Below, piece after piece: positions 9,475-18,625 of a stretch of DNA of 64,000 bases. The DNA is from Candidatus Eiseniibacteriota bacterium (lineage in GTDB: Bacteria > Eisenbacteria > RBG-16-71-46 > CAIMUX01 > VGJL01). The DNA is taken from contig JBHGAY010000009.1 of NCBI GenBank assembly GCA_041946735.1, positions 64,001-128,000 of the forward strand, in the 5' to 3' direction. A program made the translations under genes and the position numbers. Numbering within the stretch: position 1 is the stretch's first letter; each line of letters begins with the position of its first letter. The notes beneath the pieces are model-generated. The model had not been told where the DNA came from. It saw only the letters and a program-made list of their open reading frames with translations, and searched no databases.

Positions 9475-10867
9475 AGCAGGGAAGCGAGGAGAAGGCGAAG
9501 CCTGCTCCGTCGGGATGGAACTCGCCCGTCTCGGGATCCTGCTCGTAGCGACCCGACCAGCGGCGGCCGCAGATCGCGCGCATCCCGTCGAGGAAGCGAT
9601 CGATGTCTTCGTCGTCGTTGTGAAGGCCGATCGAGACACGTACCGCTCCGGGGATCTCGCGCCGGTCGCCGGCGCGGATCGAGTGCTCGAGCCGCTCCTC
9701 CTCTTCGTGCGGGACGCGAAGGAGCTTCTTGATCAGCGGGTGGGCGCAGAAGCAGCCGTGCCGCACCGACACCCCGTGCTCGTAGGCGAGGATCGCCGCG
9801 ACCAGCGCATGGTGCAGGCCGTCGACCGTATAGCTCACGACGCCGAGACGATCCTCCGTCCTCTCCGGATCGCAGCTGCCCAGGATCCGGATCCCGGAAA
9901 GATCGCACAGCCCGGCCAGGAGCCGCCGCGTCAGCCGGTCCTCGTGAGCGGCGACGCGATCCATGCCGTAGGACTCGAGCACCTGGACCGCGCGCGCCAT
10001 CGCCAGCATGCCGAGAATGTTCGGAGTCCCGGCCTCCTGGCGATCGGGAGGGTCGGCCCAGATGACGCTATCGAGCGAGACCGAGTAGACCGTCCCGCCC
10101 CCTTGGAGGTACGGGACGGCGTCGGCGAACGGCTCGCGAAGACCGATCACCGCGCCCTCCCCGTAGGGGCTGTTCATCTTGTGGGCCGAGAAGACGACGA
10201 AGTCGACGCTCTCCGCCGCGCCCGGCTTCCCCATCGAGAAGGCGCGATGAGGAAGGAGCTGCGCCCCGTCCACGACCACCCACGCGCCGTGCGCGTGCGC
10301 CCGAGCGGCGATCTCGTGGACCGGGAGGATCTGCCCCGTCACGTTCGACGCCCCCGTGATCGTCACGACCCGCACGTTCCCCGGCTCTCGGGACAGAGAC
10401 CGCTCCAGCTCCTCGATCTGGAAGCGCCCCTCCGCATCGATCGGGATGTACTCGACCCTCGCCTTCCCGCGCCATGGCAGGTCGTTCGAGTGATGTTCGA
10501 GGATCGTGGTGAGCACGCGCTCCTCGGGCCGCAGAGCGAGCGTGTTCGCGAGGAGGTTCAGCCCCTCGGTCGTGTTGCGGACCGGGATGACGACGTGGCG
10601 GCCGGGATCGCCGCCGACGAAGCGGATCAGGATGTCGCGCGCCTGCTCATAGAGGCGTGTGCAGTAGAGGGAGTCGTACCCCGTGCCTCGATGGATGTTG
10701 GAGTAGTAGGGCTCAACGCGACGCAGCCAGTCGCTGACCGCACGGAAGCTTTTCGTGCTCGCGGCGTTGTCGAGGAACGCCTGCCGCACCATCCGGCCGT
10801 CGAGGAGCGGCACCTGGCGGTGGGAACCAAGGACCTCCGGGGCCGCGCGCGAGGCGACGGACTGCAT
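9455..10867 (-). CDS. Class V PLP aminotransferase, SufS/cysteine desulfurase-like
   Basis: LDNAAST, EHHSNDLPW, DGAQ, FSAHK, EAGTPN, RHGCFCAHP; GGAGG SD before ATG 10867. Confidence 0.88.
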   Translation of the reverse strand: MQSVASRAAPEVLGSHRQVPLLDGRMVRQAFLDNAASTKSFRAVSDWLRRVEPYYSNIHRGTGYDSLYCTRLYEQARDILIRFVGGDPGRHVVIPVRNTTEGLNLLANTLALRPEERVLTTILEHHSNDLPWRGKARVEYIPIDAEGRFQIEELERSLSREPGNVRVVTITGASNVTGQILPVHEIAARAHAHGAWVVVDGAQLLPHRAFSMGKPGAAESVDFVVFSAHKMNSPYGEGAVIGLREPFADAVPYLQGGGTVYSVSLDSVIWADPPDRQEAGTPNILGMLAMARAVQVLESYGMDRVAAHEDRLTRRLLAGLCDLSGIRILGSCDPERTEDRLGVVSYTVDGLHHALVAAILAYEHGVSVRHGCFCAHPLIKKLLRVPHEEEERLEHSIRAGDRREIPGAVRVSIGLHNDDEDIDRFLDGMRAICGRRWSGRYEQDPETGEFHPDGAGFAFSSLPCFEDPID

Positions 10868-11195
10868 GCCTGACCCTCCCTTGGAGCAGGGAGCGGCCCT
10901 CTCCCTCCCTCCTCTGCGTTGCGGTTTTCTACACTCCACTTCCTTCGCTCGGCTCGGCCCGGCTCGGCGGGGCTCGGCTGCGCCGCGGCTCCATCGACAG
11001 CCGGTCGTCCGGCCGTCCCTCCACAGCGGTGCCGCCAAGGCGTCGCGGCGCGCAAAGCCGTCCGGAACTCTAGCACGCGCGCCTCGACCACTCGCCCGGG
11101 AATCGCGGGGTGCGGAGCAGGCCGCGCTTCGCGACCGCCGGCGACCGTCGGCGACCTCCGGCAAGCGCGAAGGCCGCTCCGAGCGGCCGGCTGCG

Positions 11196-11225
11196 TTGAC
11201 ACCCCCGCGAAACGTCGCCTATGGT
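11196..11225 (+). promoter_or_regulatory. sigma70-like promoter
   Basis: TTGACA-N18-TATGGT upstream of ATG 11341. Confidence 0.6.
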
Positions 11226-11340
11226 ACGGACACCCGGCTCGGCCCGTTTCGCGCGATCGCGCGAACGATCGGCAGTCGATGGAGCCGCGGCGCGCTCGAG
11301 GCTACCAACCCACGCCCTCAGGCGTCAGAGAAAGCGAGCC

Positions 11341-12423
11341 ATGAAGCAGGGAAGGCATGTTCACGTCGTCGGCACGGGGACGATCGGCGAGCCGCTGATC
11401 GGACTGCTTTCGGACTTCCGGCAGGATTTCGGGATCGACACGGTGAGTTTCCACAAGCGGACGCCGCTGACGACCGAACGCGCCAAGGTGAAGAACCTGC
11501 TCGATCGCGGCGCGCTCCTTTGCACCGATCCGCAATCGATCCCCAAGTTCGAGGACCAGGGCCTGAAGGTCTCCTGGGACGCCGAGGAAGCGATCGCCCG
11601 CGCTTCGGTGGTGATCGATTGCACGCCGAGCGGCGTGGGGCAGGCGAACAAGCAGCAGTACTACGACCGCCACAAGGACACGACGATCGGATTCGTCGCC
11701 CAGGGGAGCGAGTTCGGGTTCGGCAAGATGTACGCGCGCGGCGTCAACGACCGGGCGCTGAAGCATGGCGAGGACCAGTTCGTCCAGGTGGTCAGCTGCA
11801 ACACCCACAACGTCGCGGTCCTGCTGAACACGATCGCCCTCTCCGACGACCGCCCGGAGAATCTGATCGAGGGAAAGTTCCTGCTGATGCGGCGCTCGAG
11901 CGACATCAGCCAGGACGAGGACTTCATTCCCGCCCCGAAAGTCGGCAAGCACGATGACCCGGTGTTCGGGACGCACCACGCGCGCGACGCCTACCACCTG
12001 TTCCAGACGCTCGGCTACAAGCTGAACATCTTCTCCTCGGCCATCAAGCTCCCGACGCAGTACATGCACTGCCTCTGGTTCAACATCAAGCTGGGCGAGC
12101 GCGTGACCTTGAACCAGGTGATCCAGCGGCTCCAGGACAACCCGCGAATCGCGCTGACCGAGAAGAGGTCGGCGAACCAGATCTTCTCCTTCGGGCGCGA
12201 CCACGGCCATTACGGGCGCATCTTGAGCCAGACGGTCGTCGTCGTGCCGACGCTGCAGGTGCTCGAGCGGGATGGCGAGACCGAGATCATCGGTTTCTCC
12301 TACACGCCGCAGGACGGCAACCCGCTTCTGAGCAGCGTCGCCGTCGCGTCCTGGTTCCTCTATCCCGAGGAGTACGAGAAGCGCCTGAAGTGCCTGAGGC
12401 CGTTCCTGTTCCAGGAGGTCTAG
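11341..12423 (+). CDS. Archaeal (type II) GAPDH-like NAD(P)-dependent dehydrogenase
   Basis: VVGTGTIG, VIDCTPSGVG, AQGSE, QVVSCNTH (catalytic Cys motif), HHARD, TQYMH. Confidence 0.7.
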   Translation: MKQGRHVHVVGTGTIGEPLIGLLSDFRQDFGIDTVSFHKRTPLTTERAKVKNLLDRGALLCTDPQSIPKFEDQGLKVSWDAEEAIARASVVIDCTPSGVGQANKQQYYDRHKDTTIGFVAQGSEFGFGKMYARGVNDRALKHGEDQFVQVVSCNTHNVAVLLNTIALSDDRPENLIEGKFLLMRRSSDISQDEDFIPAPKVGKHDDPVFGTHHARDAYHLFQTLGYKLNIFSSAIKLPTQYMHCLWFNIKLGERVTLNQVIQRLQDNPRIALTEKRSANQIFSFGRDHGHYGRILSQTVVVVPTLQVLERDGETEIIGFSYTPQDGNPLLSSVAVASWFLYPEEYEKRLKCLRPFLFQEV

Positions 12424-12426
12424 AAC

Positions 12427-14391
12427 ATCGCCGGATCGGAGGCTGTCGCGGGAGGCCGCCGCCGCCCCGTCGGGGCGGAGCTTACCCCGGAAGGGGGCGC
12501 GGACCTGCGCGTGTGGGCGCCGCGCTCCTCCCGCGTAGAGGTCGTCCTCGAGGATCGCGACGGCTCGATCCGCTCGACCCATCTGCTCGATCCCGACGGC
12601 GACGGCTACTTCCGGGCGCGCGTCGCCGAAGCCGCCGCCGGCGACCGCTACCGTTTCCGCCTCGACGGCTCCGAGGAGCGCATCCCCGACCTCGCCTCGC
12701 GCTTCCAGCCGGACGGTCCTTTCGGTCCGAGCGAGCTGATCGATCCCGGGGCGTTCGAATGGACCGACGGCGCGTGGGAAGGGATCCCGCGGGAGCGGGT
12801 CGTCCTCTACGAGATGCACGTCGGGGCATTCACTCCGGAGGGGACCTGGGAAGCGGCGGCGCGCGAGCTGCCGGAGCTTGCGAGGACCGGAATCACCACG
12901 ATCGAGGTGATGCCGGTCGCCGATTTCGCGGGACGGTTCGGCTGGGGATACGACGGCGTCTGTCCGTATGCGCCGACGCGCCTCTACGGGACTCCGGATC
13001 AGTTCCGCTCGTTCGTCAATCGCGCGCACACGCTCGGCATCGGCGTGATCCTCGACGTCGTCTACAACCATCTCGGTCTGGAGGGCTCGTTCTTCCGCCG
13101 CTTCACCGACGACTACTTTTCCGACCGGCACAAGAGCGAATGGGGCGACCCGCTGAACTTCGACGGACCGCGGTCGGGCCCGGTGCGCGAGTTCTTCATC
13201 GAGAACGCCGGCTATTGGATCGAGGAGTTCCATCTCGACGGGCTGCGCCTCGACGCCACCCAGCAGATCTTCGACCTCTCCGAGGTGCACATCCTGTCCG
13301 AGATCGCGCGCGAAGCGCGCCGGGCCGCCGGGACGCGGAAGATCCTGCTCGTGGCGGAGAACGAGCCTCAGCATTCCCGCCTGGTCCGCTCGGCGGAAGC
13401 GGGCGGGCACGGACTGGACGCGCTGTGGAACGACGACTTCCACCACAGCGCGATGGTCGCGATGACGGGACGGCGCGAGGCCTACTACAGCGACTATCGC
13501 GGCCGGCCGCAGGAGCTGATCTCCACGATCAAGCGCGGTTTCCTCTATCAGGGACAGTGGTACTCCTGGCAGAAGAAGGGACGCGGATCTCCCGCCTTCG
13601 ACCTTCCGCCGCAGGCGTTCGTGCACTTCCTGCAGAATCACGACCAGGTCGCGAACACCGGCCGCGGGCTGCGCATGCAGCAGCGGACGTCGCTCGGACG
13701 GGCGAGGGCGATGACCGCCCTGCTGCTCCTCGCCCCTCAGATTCCGATGCTCTTCATGGGGCAGGAGTACTTCGCCTCGACTCCCTTCCTCTACTTCGCC
13801 GATCACGAGCGGGAGCTGGCCGCGTCGGTGGCGGCGCAACGCAAGAAGTTCCTCGCGCAGTTCCCGAGCCTGGCGAACCGGGCGGCCGCCGACCGGCTCG
13901 CGGATCCGGCCGAGGAATCGACGTTCCTGCAAAGCAAGCTCGATCCGGCGGAGCGCCAGCGCGACATCGAGATCCAGGAGATGCATCGCAACCTGCTGAC
14001 GCTGCGCCGCGACGATGCTGTGTTCTCCGCTCCCCGCGCGGGTGGCGTCGATGGGGCCGTGCTGGGCGAGGAGGCGTTCGTCCTGCGGTTCTTCGGCAGC
14101 GGCGGCGACGACCGCCTGCTCCTCGTGAACCTCGGCATCGATCTCCACCTGCCAAGCTTGCCGGAGCCGCTTCTCGCCCCTCCCGAGGGATGCGACTGGG
14201 AGACGCTCGTGTCGACCGAGGATCCCGCCTACGGCGGAGGGGGATGCCCGGCGATCGTCTCCGAGAAGGGTTGGACGATCCCAGGCCACGCCGCTTTCGT
14301 GATGGTGCCGGTCCGGCCGAGGAGGAGCCCCGGCGAGCCGGCGATCGCACGCGCGCCCGCGTCCTCACAAGGGACGGAAGGGGAACCGTGA
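12427..14391 (+). CDS. treZ: Malto-oligosyltrehalose trehalohydrolase (GH13)
   Basis: RVWAP, YEMHVGAFT, WGYDG, LDVVYNH, DGLRLDAT, QNHDQVAN, LFMGQE; start at ATC 12427 or GTG 12511. Confidence 0.9.
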   Translation: MAGSEAVAGGRRRPVGAELTPEGGADLRVWAPRSSRVEVVLEDRDGSIRSTHLLDPDGDGYFRARVAEAAAGDRYRFRLDGSEERIPDLASRFQPDGPFGPSELIDPGAFEWTDGAWEGIPRERVVLYEMHVGAFTPEGTWEAAARELPELARTGITTIEVMPVADFAGRFGWGYDGVCPYAPTRLYGTPDQFRSFVNRAHTLGIGVILDVVYNHLGLEGSFFRRFTDDYFSDRHKSEWGDPLNFDGPRSGPVREFFIENAGYWIEEFHLDGLRLDATQQIFDLSEVHILSEIAREARRAAGTRKILLVAENEPQHSRLVRSAEAGGHGLDALWNDDFHHSAMVAMTGRREAYYSDYRGRPQELISTIKRGFLYQGQWYSWQKKGRGSPAFDLPPQAFVHFLQNHDQVANTGRGLRMQQRTSLGRARAMTALLLLAPQIPMLFMGQEYFASTPFLYFADHERELAASVAAQRKKFLAQFPSLANRAAADRLADPAEESTFLQSKLDPAERQRDIEIQEMHRNLLTLRRDDAVFSAPRAGGVDGAVLGEEAFVLRFFGSGGDDRLLLVNLGIDLHLPSLPEPLLAPPEGCDWETLVSTEDPAYGGGGCPAIVSEKGWTIPGHAAFVMVPVRPRRSPGEPAIARAPASSQGTEGEP

Positions 14392-16472
14392 CGGACGAGG
14401 AATCGCAGGGCGCCGGGGAGGAGAAGCCGCAGAAAGCGGCGGCGCCCGGGGGAGCGAAGGACGCGGCGGAATCGGCGGAAGGCTGGGAGTCCCTCCTGAC
14501 GCATGAATGGCTCGTGACCAACGGTCTCGGCGGATACGCGTCCGGGACGGTCGGAGGCGTGATCACGCGCCGCTATCACGGGCTCCTCGTGTCGGCCTTG
14601 CCCGCGCCCAAGGGACGCGTCGTGATGCTCTCGCACCTCTCCGAGGCATTGCGGCTGCCGGATCAGCGGGTGATCCGGATCAGCGGAGAGGAGTCCGAAA
14701 GCGGGTGGCCGGAGATCGAAGGGGCGAAGCACCTCCGCGACTTCGGGCTCGAAGGCGGGCTTCCGGTCTGGCACTACGCGATCGAAGGCTTCCGGATCGA
14801 GAAGCGGATCGTGATGCCCCACTTCCAGAACACCGTACACGTCACCTACAGGCTGCTCGAGGGGGAGGGCACCGTCCGCCTGATCCTCACGCCGGCCGTT
14901 CATTTTCGTCCCCACGAGGAGCCGGTCGACACCCCGCTTCCCGGTCCGTTCTCGATCCGCGTGACCGGAGACCGCTACGAGGTGTGGATGCACCCCGACT
15001 TCCCCCCGCTGAAGATCGTGATGGTCGGCGAGAGGGGCGCATTCACGTTGGCCGCGCAGCACATCGAGAAGGTCTTCTTCCGGAGCGAGAAGGAGCGGGG
15101 CTACCAGTCGAGCGGGCGTCTGTGGAGCCCGGGAGAGTTCCGCGTCGATCTTTCCTCCGGCGAGAGCGCCACCTTCCTCTCTTCGACCGAGACGTGGGAG
15201 GAGATGCTGGCGCTGCGCCCGGCCGAGGCGCAGGAGGCGGAGCAGGAGCGCCGCCGGCGCCTGGTGCTCGCCGCGCACCCGAAGCTGCGCGATGGCTTCC
15301 CGGCGAGGCTCGTCCTCGCCGCCGACCAGTTCGTGATCACTCCCGCAGGCCGGGTCGAGGACACCTCCCGCGCCCGCGCTCGCGGGGACGAGGTGCGGAG
15401 CGTCATAGCCGGCTATCACTGGTTCACCGATTGGGGCCGCGACACGATGATCAGTCTCGAGGGGCTCACCCTGCTCACCGGGCGCTCCCTGGAGGCGGGC
15501 TACATCCTGCGAACCTTCGCCCACTACGCGAAGGACGGCCTCATCCCGAATCACTTCCCGGAAGGGAACAACGAGGCGATCTACAACACGGCGGACGCGA
15601 CGCTCTGGTACTTCCACGCGATCGATCGCTACCTGGAGGCGACCGGGGATCGCCGCACCCTGGCGATCCTCCTGCCCCTGCTCGTCGAGATCGTCGACGC
15701 CCATCTCCGCGGGACGCGCTTCCACATCGGGGTCGATCCGAGCGACGGCCTGCTCCGCCAAGGGCAGGAGGGCTACCAGCTGACCTGGATGGACGCGAAG
15801 GTCGGAGACTGGGTCGTGACCCCGCGCCGCGGGAAGGCGGTCGAGATCAACGCCCTCTGGTACAACGCCCTGCGCCTGCTCGAACGGTGGATCCGCGAGG
15901 AGCGTGGCGAAGCGGACGCGCATCGGTATGCGGAGCTGGCGGACCGGGCGCGCGACTCCTTCCGCCGGCGCTTCTGGTACGCGGAAGGCGGCTATCTCTA
16001 CGACGTGGTCGACGGAGAGCAGGGGGACGACGCCTCGTTCCGCCCCAACCAGATCTTCGCGGTCTCCCTCCCCCATCCGGTGCTCGAGCAGGAGCGGTGG
16101 GAGCCTGTCGTGCGCGCCGTGCAGGAGCGCTTGCTCACGCCGGTCGGCCTGCGGAGCCTGGCGCCCGGCGATGCCGACTTCAAGCCGCGCTACTACGGCG
16201 ATCTCCGGTCGCGCGACGCCGCCTACCACCAGGGGACGGTGTGGGCCTGGCTGATCGGCCCCTTCGTCGACGCCTGGCTGCGGGTCCATCCCGGCGATCG
16301 CGAAGGGGCGCGGCGGCTCCTCGAGGGATTCCCCGGCACGCTCGAGCAGGCCGCGATCGGGACGATCAGTGAGATCTTCGACGCGGAGGCTCCGTTCACC
16401 CCGCGCGGCTGCATCGCGCAGGCGTGGAGCGTCGCCGAGGTGCTGCGCGCCTGGGCGCAGACGGCGGAGTAG
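14388..16472 (+). CDS. Glycogen debranching enzyme, amylo-alpha-1,6-glucosidase family
   Basis: EWLVTNGLGGYA, IAGYHWFTDWGRDTMI, LTWMDAK, YHQGTVW, QAWSVAE; GTG overlaps the treZ stop. Confidence 0.92.
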   Translation: MTDEESQGAGEEKPQKAAAPGGAKDAAESAEGWESLLTHEWLVTNGLGGYASGTVGGVITRRYHGLLVSALPAPKGRVVMLSHLSEALRLPDQRVIRISGEESESGWPEIEGAKHLRDFGLEGGLPVWHYAIEGFRIEKRIVMPHFQNTVHVTYRLLEGEGTVRLILTPAVHFRPHEEPVDTPLPGPFSIRVTGDRYEVWMHPDFPPLKIVMVGERGAFTLAAQHIEKVFFRSEKERGYQSSGRLWSPGEFRVDLSSGESATFLSSTETWEEMLALRPAEAQEAEQERRRRLVLAAHPKLRDGFPARLVLAADQFVITPAGRVEDTSRARARGDEVRSVIAGYHWFTDWGRDTMISLEGLTLLTGRSLEAGYILRTFAHYAKDGLIPNHFPEGNNEAIYNTADATLWYFHAIDRYLEATGDRRTLAILLPLLVEIVDAHLRGTRFHIGVDPSDGLLRQGQEGYQLTWMDAKVGDWVVTPRRGKAVEINALWYNALRLLERWIREERGEADAHRYAELADRARDSFRRRFWYAEGGYLYDVVDGEQGDDASFRPNQIFAVSLPHPVLEQERWEPVVRAVQERLLTPVGLRSLAPGDADFKPRYYGDLRSRDAAYHQGTVWAWLIGPFVDAWLRVHPGDREGARRLLEGFPGTLEQAAIGTISEIFDAEAPFTPRGCIAQAWSVAEVLRAWAQTAE

Positions 16473-16548
16473 GGACCGGAGCAAGGAACGCTGGCTGGGG
16501 GCTGGGCGGCCCCCTCTCACTCGCCCGGGCGGCGCGTACCGGCGGGAC

Positions 16549-17277
16549 TCAGAGATTGCCGAGGGGCGGGACGATCCGCACTTCCTCCAGGAGCGCGTCT
16601 CCCGGAGCTTCCGCCGCCTCGCGGACGATCCGCGCGACGGCGCGCGGCGGCATCATCTTGGAGCGGTCCCAGTCCCCTTCGAGGCGGTCCCAGAACGGCG
16701 TCTCCGTTGCGCCGGGAAGGATCGCCGTCACCCGGACGCCTGCGCGGCGCACTTCGGCTCGTAGCGCCTCGACGAAGCCGAGTGCGCCGAACTTCGAGGC
16801 GTTGTAGGCGGCGTTCTTCGGGAAGGCGGTTCGGGCCGCGACGGAGAGGATGTAGAGCAGCCTTCCGTCGCCACGTTCGAGCATGGCGGGAAGAACCGCC
16901 CGAGTGACGAGGAAGAAGCCCCGGAGATTGGTGTCGATCGTCCGGTCCCACTCCTCGTCGGTCGTCTCGACGACCTTGCGAAAGACGCCCCAGCCCGCGC
17001 ACTGGATCACGGCGTCCGGCTCGCCGGTCGCCGCGCGCAGGGTGGCGGTCCATGCCGCGACCGATTCGGTGCGCCGGACGTCGACGGCAGCGAAGGCATG
17101 GCGCTCCGGTTGGGCGAACGAGGAGACGAGGTCGCGGAGGGCTGGCTCGTCGCGCGAGCCCGCCCCGATGGACCATCCCGCCTGCTCCAGCTCGATCGCG
17201 ACGGCCCGTCCGATCCCCGACGACGCGCCGGTGATCCAGGCCGTCGGGCGCTTCTCGCGCGGCTCTCCTCCTCCCAT
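16549..17277 (-). CDS. SDR oxidoreductase, probable sepiapterin reductase-like
   Basis: TGASSGIG, YNASK, PGATETPFW...MM; directly downstream of folE and PTPS. Confidence 0.75.
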   Translation of the reverse strand: MGGGEPREKRPTAWITGASSGIGRAVAIELEQAGWSIGAGSRDEPALRDLVSSFAQPERHAFAAVDVRRTESVAAWTATLRAATGEPDAVIQCAGWGVFRKVVETTDEEWDRTIDTNLRGFFLVTRAVLPAMLERGDGRLLYILSVAARTAFPKNAAYNASKFGALGFVEALRAEVRRAGVRVTAILPGATETPFWDRLEGDWDRSKMMPPRAVARIVREAAEAPGDALLEEVRIVPPLGNL

Positions 17278-17339
17278 CCCTTCCTTCTCTCTCCCTCTTG
17301 TTCCAGGGGGCTGTTCCGGGGGGCGGACCCGCCCGGCGC

Positions 17340-17894
17340 TCAGCGAATCGTGTGGTGGCCGATCAGGTTCATGAACTCGCTGCGCGTCGCCCGGTCCTCG
17401 CGGAACACCCCGAGCATCGCGCTCGTCGTCGCGAAGGCGTTCTGCTTCTCCACCCCACGCATGGCGATGCAGAGATGGAACGCCTCGATGACGACCGCGA
17501 CGCCGGCCGGCTGGATCGCTTGTTGGATGCACTCGGCGACCTGCTGCGTGAGGCGCTCCTGCACTTGCAGGCGCCGCGCGAACAGATCGAGGATCCGTGG
17601 CAGCTTCGAGAGGCCGATGATCTTCCCTTGCGGGAGGTAGGCGATGTGCGCCCGCCCGTAGAACGGCAGCAGGTGATGCTCGCAGAGCGAGTAGAAGTCG
17701 ATCTCCTTGACGATCACCATCTCGTCGTACGGCTCGTCGAAGATCGCCCCGTTGAGGACCGCGGTCAGGTCGGCCTCGTAACCCTTCGTCAGGAAGCGCA
17801 ACGCTTTCGCCACCCGCTCGGGCGTCTTCAGCAGCCCCTGGCGATCGGGATCCTCTCCGATCTCGCGCAGCAACGCCCGCACATGCTCTTCCAC
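17340..17894 (-). CDS. folE: GTP cyclohydrolase I
   Basis: [40 protein letters not shown]. Confidence 0.97.
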   Translation of the reverse strand: MEEHVRALLREIGEDPDRQGLLKTPERVAKALRFLTKGYEADLTAVLNGAIFDEPYDEMVIVKEIDFYSLCEHHLLPFYGRAHIAYLPQGKIIGLSKLPRILDLFARRLQVQERLTQQVAECIQQAIQPAGVAVVIEAFHLCIAMRGVEKQNAFATTSAMLGVFREDRATRSEFMNLIGHHTIR

Positions 17895-17898
17895 GTCC

Positions 17899-18375
17899 TC
17901 ATTCCTCCGTCGGCCCGAAATAGCGGGCGAAGTTGGTGCGAGATTCGTACAGCGTCAACTCATGGAGCGTGCAACCCGGGATCCGGCCCTCGAGCTGCTC
18001 CCAGAAGCGGATCACCAGGTTCTCGACGGTCGGCACCACGCCACGGAGGAAGTCGACGTCGAGATTGAGGTTCTTGTGATCGACCTTCGAGATCAGGACC
18101 TCGTCGAGGATGTCCTTCAAGCGCTTCAGGTCGAGGATCATGCCGGTCTGCGGATCGGGTTGGCCGGCCAGCGTGACGTCGAGGACGTAGTTGTGCCCGT
18201 GCCCGTTCGGGTTGTTGCAGATCCCGAAGACCTCCCAGTTCTTCTCGTCCGTGAAGTCCGGGCTGTAGAGGCGGTGTGAGGCGCTGAACTCCACCTGCTT
18301 GGTGATACGGACGACGGTCTTGCGGCGCGCGGCGATGGCCGGGATCTTCCCCGCCGGGCGAGCGGCATCCTGCAT
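17899..18375 (-). CDS. 6-pyruvoyl-tetrahydropterin synthase, PTPS-II type (CX5HGH)
   Basis: FSASHRL...[14 protein letters not shown]-like VDHKNLN, PTVEN, YES. Confidence 0.9.
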   Translation of the reverse strand: MQDAARPAGKIPAIAARRKTVVRITKQVEFSASHRLYSPDFTDEKNWEVFGICNNPNGHGHNYVLDVTLAGQPDPQTGMILDLKRLKDILDEVLISKVDHKNLNLDVDFLRGVVPTVENLVIRFWEQLEGRIPGCTLHELTLYESRTNFARYFGPTEE

Positions 18376-18460
18376 CGTTTCCCCCTGTGCCCGACGAAAT
18401 GGAAACTCGCGGAACGGCCGGGCATCCGACCACTGTACCCCAAGAGGACCGACGGGCGAA

Positions 18461-18570
18461 CGGGAGGCGCAGGCTGGCGAGCAGGGCGAGCGGGAGACAC
18501 AGGCCGGCGAGCAGGGCACCCGAGAGGCACAGGCCGGCGAGCAGGGCGCAGGGGACACGGCCGGCGAGCG
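18461..18570. repeat. Imperfect 30-bp tandem repeat, about 3.5 copies, intergenic
   Basis: cgggaggcgcaggctggcgagcagggcgag / cgggagacacaggccggcgagcagggcacc / cgagaggcacaggccggcgagcagggcgca / partial. Confidence 0.85.
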
Positions 18571-18625
18571 AGCGGGAGTTCGTCTCGCCTGCTTCGCGCG
18601 GTCGCCCGGACGGAGGATGGACGGA

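Noticed and set aside
9455..10867. Kynureninase (suggested by the nearby KynB-like cyclase)
   Set aside because: Motifs (EHHSN, EAGTPN, RHGCFCAH) are SufS/desulfurase-like, and no tryptophan dioxygenase is in the window.
12390..14387. N-terminal half of the 1360-aa ORF 12390..16472
   Set aside because: Arg/Pro-rich off-frame shadow of treZ; the real debranching enzyme starts at GTG 14388.
18461..18570. CRISPR array (also considered for 32076-32174)
   Set aside because: Repeats are directly tandem with no unique spacers, and no cas genes are present.
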